Of a stretch of 32,000 nucleotides of DNA, positions 17,783 to 29,887 are shown in pieces. A program made the position numbers and the translations under genes. Every line of letters begins with the position of its first letter. Position 1 is the first letter of the stretch. This DNA is from Methanothermus fervidus DSM 2088. GTDB taxonomy: Archaea > Methanobacteriota > Methanobacteria > DSM-2088 > Methanothermaceae. The notes under the pieces were generated by a model. The model searched no databases. It was given only the letters and a program-made list of their open reading frames with translations, and was not told where the DNA came from. Where the stretch lies: assembly GCA_000166095.1 (NCBI GenBank), contig CP002278.1, positions 240,001-272,000 of the forward strand, written 5' to 3'.

Positions 17783-18535
17783 TCATCCAAATCGTCCCGT
17801 AATATATGCTTCAGTTCTTTTATCTTGAGGAGATACAAACAATTTTTCCGTTGGACCATATTCAACTAATTCTCCATTAAGAAAGAAAGCAGCATATTCT
17901 GAAACTCTTGTAGCTTGCTGTAAGTTATGTGTCACAATTATAATTGTATAATCTTTTTTTAACTTATGTATCAAATCTTCAATTTTCGTGGTTGAAATAG
18001 GATCAAGTGCTGAACATGGTTCGTCCATCATTATAACCTCTGGCTCAACAGCAAGTGTCCTCGCAATACATAACCTCTGTTGCTGACCACCTGACAAACT
18101 AAATGCAGATTGATCTAACCTATCCTTTACTTCATCCCATAATGCAGCTGCTTTTAAACTTTCCTCTACTTTTTTTCTAATAATTTCTTCATCAGTTACT
18201 CCATGAATTCTTAAGCCATATGCTACATTTTCATATATTGATTTAGGAAATGGATTTGGCTTTTGAAAAACCATGCCTATTTTTTTTCGTAATTCAACAA
18301 CGTCAACGTCAGGGTCATAAATATCTTTTCCATCAAAATAAACTTTTCCTTCATGTCTAAAATTTGGAATAACATCGTTCATTCTATTTAAAGTTCTTAT
18401 AAATGTAGATTTACCACAACCAGATGGGCCAATAATTGCAGTTACTGTGTTTGCTTTTATTTTTATATTGATATCTTTTAAAATATGATCTTCTCCAAAA
18501 TAAACATTTAGGTCCTCTGTTTCTATCCTGTACAT
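17783..18535 (-). CDS. pstB: phosphate ABC transporter ATP-binding protein
   Basis: Walker A is GPSGCGKST, the signature is [13 protein letters not shown] and Walker B is [12 protein letters not shown]. The PstB-typical C-terminus YITGRFG is present. Confidence 0.95.
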   Translation of the reverse strand: MYRIETEDLNVYFGEDHILKDINIKIKANTVTAIIGPSGCGKSTFIRTLNRMNDVIPNFRHEGKVYFDGKDIYDPDVDVVELRKKIGMVFQKPNPFPKSIYENVAYGLRIHGVTDEEIIRKKVEESLKAAALWDEVKDRLDQSAFSLSGGQQQRLCIARTLAVEPEVIMMDEPCSALDPISTTKIEDLIHKLKKDYTIIIVTHNLQQATRVSEYAAFFLNGELVEYGPTEKLFVSPQDKRTEAYITGRFG

Positions 18536-18536
18536 G

Positions 18537-19391
18537 TTATCTCCCCATCATTTTTTCTCTATGTTTTTCAATTAGAATATTCGTTGTTATAGTTATTAAT
18601 AACACAAGAATTACTAAAACCGCTGCGGTTCCATAAGCATTTTTTAATGAAATACCTTCTACTGCAAGCAAATATAAATGAAGTGGTAAGGGTCTACCAG
18701 GGTCAAAAATTGTGTATGGCATGTCTGTTGCAGATCCAACAACGAACATTACAGCAGCAGCTTCCTCTAATGCACGTGCCATTCCAAGAATAACTCCTGT
18801 AGCTATTCCTGGAGCAGCAGCTGGTAACACAACCTTGTAAATCGTTTGCCACTTTGTTGCCCCTAGAGCCAAACTAGCTTCGCGATATGATTCTGGTACA
18901 GCTTTAATAGATGATTCTGCAGTATATAATATTGTAGGAAGTGCCATCAACGCTAATACCAATCCTCCTGATAATAATGAAAATCCTAAACCACAAAAAA
19001 CGACAAAAAATGCTAAGCCAAATAAACCATAGACTATTGAAGGTATTGCAGCTAATGTTTGAGTTGTAAAACGTATGACTTTAATTAAACTTGTTTCTGC
19101 TGCATATTCTGCTAAATATATTGCTGCTCCCACACCTAAGGGCGTTGCAACTATGATTGCAGTCAGTGTTACATATATACTGGACACTATCATTGGAGCA
19201 ATGCCGCCAGCTCTTCCAGCCTCAATAGGACTTTCCGTTAAAAATTGTAAATTTATAACTGGTAATCCATTAATGAGTATGTAACCTATTATTATTATTA
19301 AAATAATTATTGTAAGGATTCCTGAAGCCCATAAAATGGAATTCATGATTTTCTGGACAATTTGTGGGGATACAAATCTTCTTTTGATCAT
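18537..19391 (-). CDS. pstA: phosphate ABC transporter permease PstA
   Basis: It carries the EAA-type loop [30 protein letters not shown] and 6 TM segments. Confidence 0.9.
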   Translation of the reverse strand: MIKRRFVSPQIVQKIMNSILWASGILTIIILIIIIGYILINGLPVINLQFLTESPIEAGRAGGIAPMIVSSIYVTLTAIIVATPLGVGAAIYLAEYAAETSLIKVIRFTTQTLAAIPSIVYGLFGLAFFVVFCGLGFSLLSGGLVLALMALPTILYTAESSIKAVPESYREASLALGATKWQTIYKVVLPAAAPGIATGVILGMARALEEAAAVMFVVGSATDMPYTIFDPGRPLPLHLYLLAVEGISLKNAYGTAAVLVILVLLITITTNILIEKHREKMMGR

Positions 19392-20267
19392 TTATAGATA
19401 CCCTCCTCCAATTCTCACTCTGGTTTTGTGTTGGAAATAATTGGCTATAAGTAGTAAAATCAATGTAAAGATAAATAAAACAACTGCTGTACCAAATAAT
19501 GCACTGTAATGTAGTCCTGTTGCATATCCCATCTCAAGAGCTATATTTGATGTTAAAGCTCTTATTGGATCTAAGATTGAATGAGGTATTTGTGGTACAT
19601 TACCAGCTACCATTATGACAGCTAATGTTTCTCCAATAGCTCGTGCCATTCCTAATATTATTCCGACCACTATTCCAGGAAATGCGGCAGGTAATATCAC
19701 ATTTTTTATAGTTTGCCAATGTGTTGCACCTAAAGCCAATGATGCTTCTTTATATTCTAATGGTACAGAACGTATTGCATCATGAGAAATACTGATAATT
19801 GTAGGCATGATCATTATTGTCAAAATCAGAGAAGCTGTGAATAATCCAAATCCTGTTCCACCCAAATGTGTTCTAATAAATGGAACTAACAATATTAATC
19901 CAAAGAAACCATATACAACTGAAGGAATGCCTGCTAAAGTTTCAATCACTGGTTTTAAAATTTTTCTCATTGTTGAGGGAGCTAATTCTGCAATAAAAAT
20001 TGCACATAATACTGAAAAAGGTGTAGCTATGAGAAGTGTTAAGAGTGTTAAAGCTAGAGAACCAACTATAAGTGGAATCATTCCAAATTGAGGAGGAGTC
20101 CCTGTTGGATTCCATTTAGTACCTAAAATAAAATTAATTACACCATATTCTGTAAATACAGGTATACTTTCCTTAAAAATGAAAATTATGACTAAAAAAA
20201 GTATTATTATTGTGGAAAGAGCTGTGAGAAGTAATATTCTTTTAACAAATAATTCTTCATCTTTCAT
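19392..20267 (-). CDS. pstC: phosphate ABC transporter permease PstC
   Basis: [30 protein letters not shown] is seen. It abuts pstA with no gap. GGAGGA SD is present. Confidence 0.9.
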   Translation of the reverse strand: MKDEELFVKRILLLTALSTIIILFLVIIFIFKESIPVFTEYGVINFILGTKWNPTGTPPQFGMIPLIVGSLALTLLTLLIATPFSVLCAIFIAELAPSTMRKILKPVIETLAGIPSVVYGFFGLILLVPFIRTHLGGTGFGLFTASLILTIMIMPTIISISHDAIRSVPLEYKEASLALGATHWQTIKNVILPAAFPGIVVGIILGMARAIGETLAVIMVAGNVPQIPHSILDPIRALTSNIALEMGYATGLHYSALFGTAVVLFIFTLILLLIANYFQHKTRVRIGGGYL

Positions 20268-20337
20268 GGATATCCTCCAATTAAGTTTTTTTGATATTTA
20301 TTTACTTCCCATTTTTACTATTAATAATTTATGGCTT

Positions 20338-20352
20338 AAAAAAAGAAAAAAA
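20338..20352 (-). terminator. oligo-T tract (T7-C-T7 on the minus strand) just downstream of pstS, candidate archaeal intrinsic (partial) terminator
   Basis: The plus strand reads AAAAAAAGAAAAAAA. It lies 17-31 nt after the pstS stop, inside the only sizeable spacer (101 nt) of the pst operon. Archaeal RNA polymerase terminates at oligo-T runs. Confidence 0.35.
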
Positions 20353-20368
20353 TAGTACTTAAAAATGA

Positions 20369-21220
20369 TTATCTAAGTTTAGAGTTGTCATATTTCTGTA
20401 CAATAGTTGGAGGACATTGATTTACTGGAACAACTTTCTCTGATTTGATTATTGCTTGTCCTTCGGGACTTAGAACAAATTTTAGGAAATCTTTCACAAT
20501 GTCTTTTGGTTCTCCTTTCACTAACATTAAGAATGGTCTAGCTATTGGATAACTTCCATCAGCTACAGTTTTTTCACTGGGGGGTACTCCATCAACACTT
20601 ATACCTTTGACACTTTCATCAAGGTGTGCAAGAGATATATATCCTATTGCATTTGGATCATTTTTAACAGCTTGTTTTACAGCCTCTGTTGAACTTTGTA
20701 CTATTGCATCTCCTCTTATTTTTTCGTTTTTCATCACTACTTCTTCAAATGATTTTCTGGTTCCAGAACCTGCTTCTCTTGTAATAACATTGATTTTTGC
20801 ATCTGGTCCTCCTACTTCTTTCCAATTTCGTATTTTACCACTGAATATATCTCTTATCTGACTTTTACTTAAATCATTGATAGGGTTGTTTTTATTGACA
20901 ATAATCGCAATTCCATCCCTACCAATCAGGTATACACTCAAACCTTGCCTCTCATCAGGTTTTAAATCCTTTGAGCTAGTTCCAATATCTATAGTCCCCT
21001 GCTTTGCCTGTGTTATTCCAACACTTGATCCTCCTCCTTGCACATTGATCTTAACGTTTGGATGTTTTTTTGTATATGCTTGGGCTAATTTTTCTGCTAC
21101 TGGTTGTACAGATGTTGAACCTGCTATTTGTATTCTGCTCTTTTTTTGCCCTGTTGCTAAGAATATAGCGCCAATTATTATTATTGCTGCTATTATTCCA
21201 ATTACAACTTTTTTGCTCAT
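20369..21220 (-). CDS. pstS: phosphate-binding protein PstS
   Basis: It has an N-terminal signal anchor, then [15 protein letters not shown]...GGGSSVGI...[11 protein letters not shown] 21218-21220 is preceded by GAGGTGA. The 21-codon ORF-track extension is rejected. Confidence 0.9.
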   Translation of the reverse strand: MSKKVVIGIIAAIIIIGAIFLATGQKKSRIQIAGSTSVQPVAEKLAQAYTKKHPNVKINVQGGGSSVGITQAKQGTIDIGTSSKDLKPDERQGLSVYLIGRDGIAIIVNKNNPINDLSKSQIRDIFSGKIRNWKEVGGPDAKINVITREAGSGTRKSFEEVVMKNEKIRGDAIVQSSTEAVKQAVKNDPNAIGYISLAHLDESVKGISVDGVPPSEKTVADGSYPIARPFLMLVKGEPKDIVKDFLKFVLSPEGQAIIKSEKVVPVNQCPPTIVQKYDNSKLR

Positions 21221-21341
21221 TTTTTTCACCTCACATAATTTTCGTTGGCAAATGAAATATATAACTTTTATTATTTTTAGCACTTTAATTCCTAAAATAG
21301 GAACAATAGGTATTTACAATTTCTCTGAGTAAGAAAAAAAT

Positions 21342-22415
21342 ATGAAAATTCAGGAATTAACAGCCAAAATTAGGGAAAATTATATGAAAAATAGAAAAGA
21401 AATACCAATGGAAAAATTATGTAGGTTTTGGATACAGGAAGACTTGCTTTATTCAGGAAAGGGGAAAGCAATGTCAATAGTATTTCCAACGAGAGGATGT
21501 AGTTGGTCACTTTCAAAATATGGTGGATGCACAATGTGTGGTTATGTTAAAGACACATTATTAAAAACTCCGAATCAAGAAAAATTAAAAAAATTATTTG
21601 ATGGTGTTATTTCTTCTTGTCCAAAAGAAGAAAATATTGCAATAAAAATATTTACTTCTGGAAGCTTTTTTAATTCTAAAGAATTACCAGAGAGTGTTAG
21701 ATACTATATATTACATAAATTATCAAAGTTAGAGAATGTTAGTGAAATATCTGTTGAATCTAGACCAGAATATATTAAAAAAGAAATTCTTAAAGAATGT
21801 TGTGAAATACTTCAAGACAAAATTTTTGAAGTTAGCATTGGGTTGGAAAGCTCCAATGATGAAACAAGAATTTATAAAATAAACAAGGGATTTACATTAA
21901 AGGACTTTGAGAATGCACTAAGAAAAATAAAAAGTTTAAAGAAAGAATTTAACATAAAAACAAAATCATATATTCTAGTTAAACCAATTTTAATGACAGA
22001 AGAAGATTCAATAAAAGATTCTATAAATTCTGCCATTTATGCTGAAAAAGTTGGAATTGATAGGATATCTTTTTGTCCAGCTACTGTTCATGCAGGTACA
22101 TTGATGGAAAATTTATGGAAATGGGGAGCATATAGACCTCCTTGGATTTGGAGTCTTGTAGAAATTATAAATAAAGTACGTGAAACAATTGAAATACCTG
22201 CAATAATGGATACTGCAGGTATGGGATCAAAAAGAGGTCCACATAATTGTGGAAGGTGTGATTCAAAATTAAAAAAATTAATAATACAATCAAATTTAGA
22301 TCAATCTCCAGTTCCAGAAATAAAATGTAAATGTAAAAAACGTTGGAAAGCAGAAAAATATGGAGAAAGAATTACAGCATCGTCCGGCATAATAAAATAC
22401 ATTCATTTAAGGTGA
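21342..22415 (+). CDS. radical SAM protein, probably the archaeosine-biosynthesis RaSEA (TIGR01210-like) family
   Basis: The cluster is C53-x9-C63-x2-C66 (TRGCSWSLSKYGGCTMCGY). TIM-barrel-like repeats follow (FTSGSFF, ESRPEY, IGLES). The C-terminus carries CGRC...KCKC. The specific family call is from memory. Confidence 0.6.
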   Translation: MKIQELTAKIRENYMKNRKEIPMEKLCRFWIQEDLLYSGKGKAMSIVFPTRGCSWSLSKYGGCTMCGYVKDTLLKTPNQEKLKKLFDGVISSCPKEENIAIKIFTSGSFFNSKELPESVRYYILHKLSKLENVSEISVESRPEYIKKEILKECCEILQDKIFEVSIGLESSNDETRIYKINKGFTLKDFENALRKIKSLKKEFNIKTKSYILVKPILMTEEDSIKDSINSAIYAEKVGIDRISFCPATVHAGTLMENLWKWGAYRPPWIWSLVEIINKVRETIEIPAIMDTAGMGSKRGPHNCGRCDSKLKKLIIQSNLDQSPVPEIKCKCKKRWKAEKYGERITASSGIIKYIHLR

Positions 22416-22421
22416 TACAAG

Positions 22422-24169
<1,748 letters not shown>

Positions 24170-24229
24170 CTAGAGGAAGTAATACTAGTTTTAGTAACTT
24201 TTCTTTAGAATGTTATTATTGGTGGAACT

Positions 24230-26227
24230 ATGCACAAAAAATTAAATACCATAACCCTCACCATCATAATTTTTCTTTTAGCCTTTTCAATTAGAATTGC
24301 AAATTACAATTTAACAGTCCATAACCCTACAAAAATTTATTTTCAGGAAAGTGATTCATATTACAATTATCGGTTGGTAAATAATATTCTTAACCATGGA
24401 TATCCTGGAGATAAAATAATAAATGGAAAAGAGTGGGATATTCATTCTTACTATCCTCCAGGAGTACCTAGAGATTATCCACCGCTTCTACACTACATTA
24501 CGGCAGTACTCTATTCTTTATTCTCTGAAGTTTGTAAAATTTCATTAAAGCAATTTTGTATTTGGCTTCCACCATTTTTTGGATCAGTGACAAGTGTTGC
24601 TGGATTTCTATTTTCACGTAAAATAAGTGGGGATTTTGGTGGATTTATAACTGGCATGTTAATTGCGACATATCCGACATATTGTTATAGAACGTGTCTT
24701 GGTTTTTTCAATGTAAATCTTTTATATACTTTACTTCCAATTATTTTGTATTGGATATTTTTTGAAATTGAAAATTGTGTATCATTACAAAAAAAATTAA
24801 TTTATTCAATATTTGCAGGTTTTTTAATGTTTTTAATCTCATTATCTTGGAATGGTTGGATATATTTCTTTTATTTGGTTGTTTTGTCAATGACAATATA
24901 CTTAGTATCTAGTAGTGATAAGAAAGAGAAAATAAAAGAAATAGTTTTTCCATTTTTTGTAACTTTCTTTTTATTTTTATTAGCTTTCAATAAACTTGCA
25001 TTCTATGAAATATTTGCAACGCCAATTACTTATGTACATTTCTTTTCAAACTCAAATATATGGTATCCATGGCCCAATAGCTACAAAGATGTTATGGAAT
25101 TGCGTCCAGCAACAATGCAAGAAATTATTATTTTAATTTTTTTATTAGTATTTATTTTTGGGATTATTTACACCAAAGCTTTAAACGATCTTTTTCCAAA
25201 ATTTACAAGAATAATGTTATATTCTTGGATAATTTCCTCTATTTTATTAACAATGAAACATGTCAAATTTTTTTTACTACTTTTTGGACCTTCATTCATT
25301 TTTGTAGGTGCTGCATGGAAAAAATATGAAAATATCCTAAATCATCTTAAAATCCAATCAAAAAGAAAAATTATTGTAATTTTTAAAATTGCTATTTTGT
25401 TCATTTTAGTTTTAGTATTTTATTTCTCTATTAATTATGCAAAAGGATATAAACCGATGTATGATGATTATTTTGAAAATGCGGCCTTATGGATAAAAAA
25501 TAATACTAATAATGATACTGTTGTGATAACTTCTTGGAGTTATGGCCATTTTTTTGCCAGTGAATCAGATAGACCTGTTTCGTTTGATGGAAGAATAGGT
25601 TATATTGAAACATTGCCAATAAGGAAAATTTTGTATTCTAATACTAATTTAAGTCCTGATGTCCCAACTACTGCTCGTGATTACTGGATAAATGTTGCAA
25701 TTACGACAAACAATACTCTTTTATCAAAAAATATATTAAAAATGTTGGCTACAAGTGGAGATAATGGATATTTATTATTAAATAATTATACCCACAACAA
25801 AACTCGTTCATTTACTATACTTAACAAAATATTAACGTTAAATAGAAGTTCAGCATATGTAACTTTAAAAAAGGAAGGAATACCTGATGAAAAAGCTAAA
25901 AAAATTTTGAATTGTACACACCCTACTACTCCACGAAATTTTGTTTTAGTTATGACTGATGAAATGTTGTTGTCACTTCCATTTGTTAATATCACATCCA
26001 AAAATAAATTGGATTTAAAAAATGTATATTCCATAATTAAAAATGGATCTGAGAAAATAATAAACAAAAATGGCAAATATTCGCTTGTAATTTTAGATGA
26101 TAAAGCATTGATTGTAAATAAAAATTACAGATATTCTATATGTGTAAGAGCTTTTTCACAAATGAAAATCGAAGGTTTTACAAAAGTTTTTGAAAATAAA
26201 AGAATAAAAATATATGAAGTAATCTAA
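24230..26227 (+). CDS. STT3/AglB-like GT-C membrane glycosyltransferase with a divergent catalytic motif
   Basis: GGTGGA SD is present. The first-loop motif QESDSYYNYR resembles the STT3 DPYFNYR-type motif. About 13 hydrophobic segments are followed by S-W436-S-Y-G-H where WWDYG is expected, then a soluble C-terminal domain of about 220 aa. Confidence 0.55.
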   Translation: MHKKLNTITLTIIIFLLAFSIRIANYNLTVHNPTKIYFQESDSYYNYRLVNNILNHGYPGDKIINGKEWDIHSYYPPGVPRDYPPLLHYITAVLYSLFSEVCKISLKQFCIWLPPFFGSVTSVAGFLFSRKISGDFGGFITGMLIATYPTYCYRTCLGFFNVNLLYTLLPIILYWIFFEIENCVSLQKKLIYSIFAGFLMFLISLSWNGWIYFFYLVVLSMTIYLVSSSDKKEKIKEIVFPFFVTFFLFLLAFNKLAFYEIFATPITYVHFFSNSNIWYPWPNSYKDVMELRPATMQEIIILIFLLVFIFGIIYTKALNDLFPKFTRIMLYSWIISSILLTMKHVKFFLLLFGPSFIFVGAAWKKYENILNHLKIQSKRKIIVIFKIAILFILVLVFYFSINYAKGYKPMYDDYFENAALWIKNNTNNDTVVITSWSYGHFFASESDRPVSFDGRIGYIETLPIRKILYSNTNLSPDVPTTARDYWINVAITTNNTLLSKNILKMLATSGDNGYLLLNNYTHNKTRSFTILNKILTLNRSSAYVTLKKEGIPDEKAKKILNCTHPTTPRNFVLVMTDEMLLSLPFVNITSKNKLDLKNVYSIIKNGSEKIINKNGKYSLVILDDKALIVNKNYRYSICVRAFSQMKIEGFTKVFENKRIKIYEVI

Positions 26228-26327
26228 CCTAAAAATTAAATATTAAGGACAAAATTTTTAAATTCAGGTTCATAAAAAATTAATTACACATCTTAAAAAT
26301 AAAAAATTTATTTTTTGGAGGAATGCT

Positions 26328-27341
26328 ATGAAAGCTGTAGCTATTAATGGGTATGGAACTGTAGGTAAAAGAGTTGCAGATGCAATTGCACAACAAGATG
26401 ATATGAAAGTTATCGGAGTAAGTAAGACAAGACCAGATTTTGAAGCTAGGATGGCACTAAAAAAGGGTTATGATTTATATGTTGCTATTCCTGAAAGGGT
26501 AAAATTATTTGAAAAGGCAGGAATTGAAGTTGCAGGAACAGTGGATGACATGCTAGATGAAGCAGATATAGTTATTGATTGTACTCCAGAAGGAATTGGT
26601 GCCAAAAATTTAAAAATGTATAAAGAAAAAGGAATAAAAGCTATATTTCAAGGTGGAGAAAAACATGAAGATATAGGTTTATCATTCAATTCATTGAGCA
26701 ATTATGAAGAATCTTATGGCAAAGACTACACACGAGTTGTTTCCTGTAATACCACTGGTTTATGCAGAACTTTAAAACCATTACATGATTCTTTTGGTAT
26801 AAAAAAAGTTAGAGCCGTAATAGTAAGGAGAGGTGCAGACCCTGCACAAGTATCTAAAGGACCTATAAACGCTATAATACCCAATCCACCTAAATTACCA
26901 TCTCACCATGGTCCAGATGTTAAAACAGTCCTGGACATAAATATAGATACAATGGCTGTTATAGTACCAACTACTTTAATGCATCAACATAACGTTATGG
27001 TAGAGGTGGAAGAAACTCCTACTGTGGATGATATAATAGATGTATTTGAAGATACGCCTAGAGTTATACTTATAAGTGCTGAGGATGGTTTGACATCAAC
27101 TGCAGAGATAATGGAATATGCAAAGGAATTAGGTAGATCCAGAAACGATTTATTTGAAATTCCTGTTTGGAGAGAATCAATAACTGTCGTAGACAATGAA
27201 ATTTATTACATGCAAGCAGTTCATCAAGAATCAGATATAGTACCTGAAAATGTAGATGCTGTAAGAGCAATATTAGAGATGGAAGAGGATAAATACAAAT
27301 CTATAAATAAAACTAACAAAGCAATGAACATACTTCAATAA
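26328..27341 (+). CDS. gap: glyceraldehyde-3-phosphate dehydrogenase, archaeal type II
   Basis: [20 protein letters not shown]...[10 protein letters not shown]...PSHHGPDV is seen. It is 337 aa. GGAGGA SD is present. It appears to match the Methanothermus fervidus enzyme as I recall it. Confidence 0.95.
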   Translation: MKAVAINGYGTVGKRVADAIAQQDDMKVIGVSKTRPDFEARMALKKGYDLYVAIPERVKLFEKAGIEVAGTVDDMLDEADIVIDCTPEGIGAKNLKMYKEKGIKAIFQGGEKHEDIGLSFNSLSNYEESYGKDYTRVVSCNTTGLCRTLKPLHDSFGIKKVRAVIVRRGADPAQVSKGPINAIIPNPPKLPSHHGPDVKTVLDINIDTMAVIVPTTLMHQHNVMVEVEETPTVDDIIDVFEDTPRVILISAEDGLTSTAEIMEYAKELGRSRNDLFEIPVWRESITVVDNEIYYMQAVHQESDIVPENVDAVRAILEMEEDKYKSINKTNKAMNILQ

Positions 27342-27350
27342 TAAGGAACC

Positions 27351-28187
27351 ATGATTCGAGTTGGACCAGCTGGCAACCCTATAGGTTATAAAGGAAAGAC
27401 TGTTGACGTATTTGATTATTTAAAAAAATTAGGGCTTGATGCATATGAATATCAAGCTACATATGGTGTAAGAATTGGAAAAAAATCTTCTTTGTTAATT
27501 GGAAAAAATGCCAAAAAGAATGATGTCCTTGTATCTATACATGCTCCCTACTATATAAATTTATCTTCTGCAGATAAAGGAGTAATACAGAGGTCCATAA
27601 ATAGGTTATTCATTACAAGTAAAGTTGCTGAATGGATGAATGCATATAGGATAGTATTTCATCCAGGATATTATGGAAAGTTTTCGAAATCTGAAGCTAT
27701 GGAGTTATGTAAAAATTCTATAAAAAAGTTATTAAGTAAAGTAAAAGAAAAAAATATAAAAAATTATTGTTTTGCACCGGAAACGACTGGAAAGAAATCA
27801 CAGTTGGGGAGTTTGAATGAAATAATAGAAATATGTCAGTCTTTTGAAAATTTTCAGCCCACAATAGATTTTGCACATATACATGCAAGAGAAGGAGGTT
27901 CATTAAAGGATGAAAACGATTATTACCATATTTTAAATTTTGTGGAAAATGAGTTAGGAGTTAAACATTTCCATTGTCATTTCACAAAAGTGGAATTTAG
28001 TGAGAAAGGTGAAGTGAAACATCATTCTTTAAATGAAGAGAAATACGGACCTCCACTAGAACCTTTAATCAAAGTTCTTGTTGAAAATGGATTTAATGCT
28101 ACAATAATATGTGAAACTCCAAAATTAGATCAAGATGCCATTAAAATAAAAGAGAAGATAGGAAGGTTTAATAAAGGTGAAAACTAA
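27351..28187 (+). CDS. endonuclease IV-like / xylose-isomerase-like TIM barrel protein
   Basis: The metal-ligand series is in Nfo order: [37 protein letters not shown]. It lies 9 nt after gap, with AGGAA SD. Confidence 0.6.
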   Translation: MIRVGPAGNPIGYKGKTVDVFDYLKKLGLDAYEYQATYGVRIGKKSSLLIGKNAKKNDVLVSIHAPYYINLSSADKGVIQRSINRLFITSKVAEWMNAYRIVFHPGYYGKFSKSEAMELCKNSIKKLLSKVKEKNIKNYCFAPETTGKKSQLGSLNEIIEICQSFENFQPTIDFAHIHAREGGSLKDENDYYHILNFVENELGVKHFHCHFTKVEFSEKGEVKHHSLNEEKYGPPLEPLIKVLVENGFNATIICETPKLDQDAIKIKEKIGRFNKGEN

Positions 28188-28221
28188 TAAATAATTTTAG
28201 AAAAAAGCTCGTGGTGATGGA

Positions 28222-29346
28222 GTGAAAATGAATACAACTTTATCTGATAATTATTCTTTAGATAAGAAATCCGTACAAAAAACTATGCTTACTAACAAAG
28301 AAGCAAAATTAGTAGTATTGAAGCCGGCAGGATATCCTTTCATTTGTAATTTAATAGAAACGCCAAAAGTAGAAGTTAAAGATAAAAAATTATTTGAATT
28401 GTATGCAAAAGAACAATGGGAGGGCTTCATTGTAAAAGAAGGTTCTTATCTTTTTGATCAAAAACTATTACCTGATTATGCATTTAAAGTATTGAAGGTG
28501 CATCCAAACAATTCAAAAATTGGTAAAAATACAACAATAATATTAGTAAATACTGAAGAACATTCCGTAGTTTTTAGAGAAGTTGAAAGTAATTTAAAAA
28601 TTGCTGATGTAGTTGGACAAGAACGTGCTAAAATGAAATGTAAAGTAATAATGAAATATCTAGAAAATCCTGAAAAATTTAGTGGATGGGCACCAAGGAA
28701 CATATTGTTTTATGGGGCTCCTGGAACTGGTAAAACTATGCTTGCAAAATCTCTATCAAATGAAGTTAATGTACCTCTTTACCTTGTTAAAGCTACAAGT
28801 TTAATTGGAGAACATGTGGGCGATGGTGCACGACAAATTCACGAACTTTATGATTTAGCATGTGAAACTTCACCTTCAATAGTATTTATTGATGAAATCG
28901 ATGCCATAGGATTAAGTCGTAAATATCAATCACTAAGAGGAGATGTTTCTGAGGTTGTAAGCGCATTATTGACAGAGATGGATGGAATAAAAGAAAATGA
29001 AGGTGTAGTAACAATAGCAGCAACAAATAACCCAAGCTTATTAGATCCCGCAATAAGAAGCAGATTTGAAGAAGAAATAGAATTTACATTACCATCAAAA
29101 GAAGAAAGAAAAGAAATGATCAAAAGACATATAAAAACCATGCCTTTACCAGTTACAGTATCACCAAATAAGTTAGCAGAATTATCTAAAGGAATGTCTG
29201 GAAGGGATATCAAAGAAAAACTTCTCAAAACAGCATTGCATAAAGCTATTGTAGACAACGACAAGAAAATTGAAAATAAACATATTAAATATGCATTAGA
29301 ACATTACAAAAAGAAAAATAAAGAACCTAAACGCATGTTTGCATAA
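28222..29346 (+). CDS. single-domain AAA ATPase with a distinct N-domain of about 130 aa (possibly the AMA clade of Archaeoglobus/methanogens)
   Basis: Walker A is GAPGTGKT, Walker B is IVFIDEIDA, and the second region of homology is [16 protein letters not shown]. The start is GTG 28222 or ATG 28228, both behind GGTGATGGAG. Confidence 0.85.
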   Translation: MKMNTTLSDNYSLDKKSVQKTMLTNKEAKLVVLKPAGYPFICNLIETPKVEVKDKKLFELYAKEQWEGFIVKEGSYLFDQKLLPDYAFKVLKVHPNNSKIGKNTTIILVNTEEHSVVFREVESNLKIADVVGQERAKMKCKVIMKYLENPEKFSGWAPRNILFYGAPGTGKTMLAKSLSNEVNVPLYLVKATSLIGEHVGDGARQIHELYDLACETSPSIVFIDEIDAIGLSRKYQSLRGDVSEVVSALLTEMDGIKENEGVVTIAATNNPSLLDPAIRSRFEEEIEFTLPSKEERKEMIKRHIKTMPLPVTVSPNKLAELSKGMSGRDIKEKLLKTALHKAIVDNDKKIENKHIKYALEHYKKKNKEPKRMFA

Positions 29347-29371
29347 AATTTCTTTTTGTGGAGGAAATTTA

Positions 29372-29887
29372 ATGCATGTTCTTAAGGCAATAAAAGAAAG
29401 GAGAAGTATAAGAAGTTTTAAAGATAAAGACATTCCCCAAGAGTATATAAAAAAAATAATGGAAGCTGCAATTTGGGCACCATCTGCAGGAAATCTCCAA
29501 AGTAGGAAGTTTATAATAGTGAAGGATTCAAAATTAAAGTATGAACTTACAAAAGCTGCTTATATGCAAGAATTTGTAATGGAAGCCCCAATTGTAATAG
29601 TGGCATGTGCAGATTTAATTAAGTCTGCTTCAAGATATGGAGAAAGAGGAAGAGAACTTTACTGTCTCATGGACACTGCTGCATCAATACAAAACATGTT
29701 ACTTGAAATACATGAATTAGGTCTTGGAGCTTGTTGGATAGGTGCTTTTGACGAAGAATATGTTAAAAAATTGCTTAAGCTACCAGATTCATTGAGACCT
29801 ATAGCACTCATACCAGTTGGTTACCCTGATGAATCTCCAACTCCACCCCCTAGAGTTAGTATAGATGATGCATTTACAATCATTTAA
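29372..29887 (+). CDS. nitroreductase-family flavoprotein
   Basis: MHVLKAIKERRSIRSF...APSAGNLQ...ACWIGAF is seen. ATG 29372 lies behind GGAGGA. The ORF-track start at 29339 overlaps the AAA gene and is rejected. Confidence 0.8.
   Translation: MHVLKAIKERRSIRSFKDKDIPQEYIKKIMEAAIWAPSAGNLQSRKFIIVKDSKLKYELTKAAYMQEFVMEAPIVIVACADLIKSASRYGERGRELYCLMDTAASIQNMLLEIHELGLGACWIGAFDEEYVKKLLKLPDSLRPIALIPVGYPDESPTPPPRVSIDDAFTII

Noticed and set aside
21289-21313. A small dyad TTCCT-AAAAT-AGGAA plus the repeat AATAGG...AATAGG in the pstS / radical-SAM divergent promoter region, considered as a possible Pho-type operator.
   Set aside because: The arms are only 5 bp, which is well within chance for this composition. 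No archaeal Pho box is known for comparison.
20877-21332. A 151-aa plus-strand ORF over the pstS 5' half, and the 21-codon N-terminal extension of pstS up to 21283.
   Set aside because: The plus-strand ORF is antisense to a clear PstS. The extension lacks an SD, whereas ATG 21218-21220 has GAGGTGA and yields a normal signal anchor.
27351-29346. A nuclease-like TIM barrel next to an AAA ATPase, considered as a possible novel defence pair.
   Set aside because: Both look like conserved housekeeping families sitting directly behind gap. There are no hallmarks of a defence island (no mobile genes, no composition shift, no toxin-like or DNA-modification partners).
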